From: Squalus acanthias
Taxonomy: Eukaryota
DNA: 64,000 nt
Direction: 5' to 3'
Assembly: GCA_030390025.1 (NCBI GenBank)
Contig: CM059433.1
Location: 17,610,001-17,674,000, forward strand
Shown: piece after piece, positions 63,138 through 64,000 of the stretch
Layout: each line of letters starts with the position of its first letter
Numbering within the stretch: the stretch's first letter is position 1
Program-made: the position numbers and the translations under genes
Notes under the pieces: model-generated
Databases searched by the model: none
What the model was told of the DNA's origin: nothing
What the model saw: only the letters and a program-made list of their open reading frames with translations

Positions 63138-63845
63138 TATATGACTTACAAATACATTAACCAACAGTTTCTGAGCTCTGAAACTGAACATCAGCAACAT
63201 GGTATCCTTTATACCACTTCTGCAGCTGTCAGCTTATCAGATAAATCAAAGCAGACTCAACTCACGCCAGGGTGAGCTGGTATGTTCCCCGAGCAGCAGG
63301 CAACCCGTGGGGGAGAACGTAAAATTACAAGGTAGCCTCAAAATAGCATTATATTGGCTGTTAACAAGCCACTTAATGATATAAATTGTCTCCCCTGCCA
63401 CTTGGTGTTGGGCCTGTTCTGCGCAGACAGACCGGACACGTGGGAGACTCACATGGAGGCGGGTTGACAGTGGGTTTCCTACCCGCTGTCAATCTTTGCA
63501 ATTTTGATAGCTGACCCGCCTCCAAACCCGCCCTCCGAGCGCCGGCAAAATGCAGCCCAAAGTATTTGTTTAATTTCTCTGCCTTTTCCTTATTCCCGAT
63601 TATAATTTCTCCTGTCTCAGCCTGTAAGGGACTACATTTACTCTCACAAATGCCTGGTTTAATAATGAAAAATGGATGCATCTGTGACATGTGCACAGAT
63701 TTATCTATTTACCTACCTGCAGTGAGTCAAGAAAATCAATCATTAAACACTTACTGCCTTTGAGCACCTTCCTTACAAACCTCTTCCTAAATCTCTTCAG
63801 TGCACCTTTGCCCATTCCCAGACCCTCACGCCAACCATCCCTGCA

Positions 63846-64000
63846 GTATAGAATCGTAGAATGGTTACAGCACAGAAGGAGGCCCGTTGAGCCCGTTGAG
63901 CCCGTGCCGGCTCTCTGCAAGAGCATTTCAGCTAGTCCCACTCCCCCGCCCTTTCCCCGTTGCCCTGCAAATTTATTTCCTTCAGGTACTTATCCAATTC
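63846..64000 (-). mobile_element. CR1 3' end (same subfamily as 11265-17020), continues beyond the window
   Basis: Reverse complement of 53565-53710. Confidence 0.9.

Overview
Eukaryotic, repeat-saturated genomic DNA with no recognisable host protein-coding exon, rRNA, functional tRNA gene or CRISPR array. From recalled family sequences, the repeat set (CR1 and L2 LINEs, DeuSINE-like and LF-SINE-like SINEs, Penelope termini, GC-rich MITEs) suggests a cartilaginous fish; this is an inference, not a database result. Nearly all listed ORFs are TE remnants or shadow frames of repeats. The largest elements are a near full-length CR1 LINE (about 11265-17020) interrupted by a 1158-bp solo LTR, a full-length but mutated Tigger/pogo transposon (47680-49813, DD32D), and a tRNA-headed endonuclease/RT retroelement nested in a CR1 (50138-53020). 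The most notable observations are: (1) two different MITE families inserted at the identical nucleotide of two copies of one host MITE, suggesting sequence-specific TE-in-TE targeting; (2) a young 187-bp Penelope-type insertion with a perfect 58-bp inverted repeat, a 13-bp TSD and an intact minimal hammerhead ribozyme; (3) a solo LTR with spumavirus-like TATA, splice-donor and polyA layout; (4) a LINE with a Pol III tRNA-like head and no ORF1; (5) a CR1 insertion carrying 70 bp apparently copied from DNA 700 bp away. Coordinates were read by eye. Boundaries without a stated TSD or TIR are approximate.
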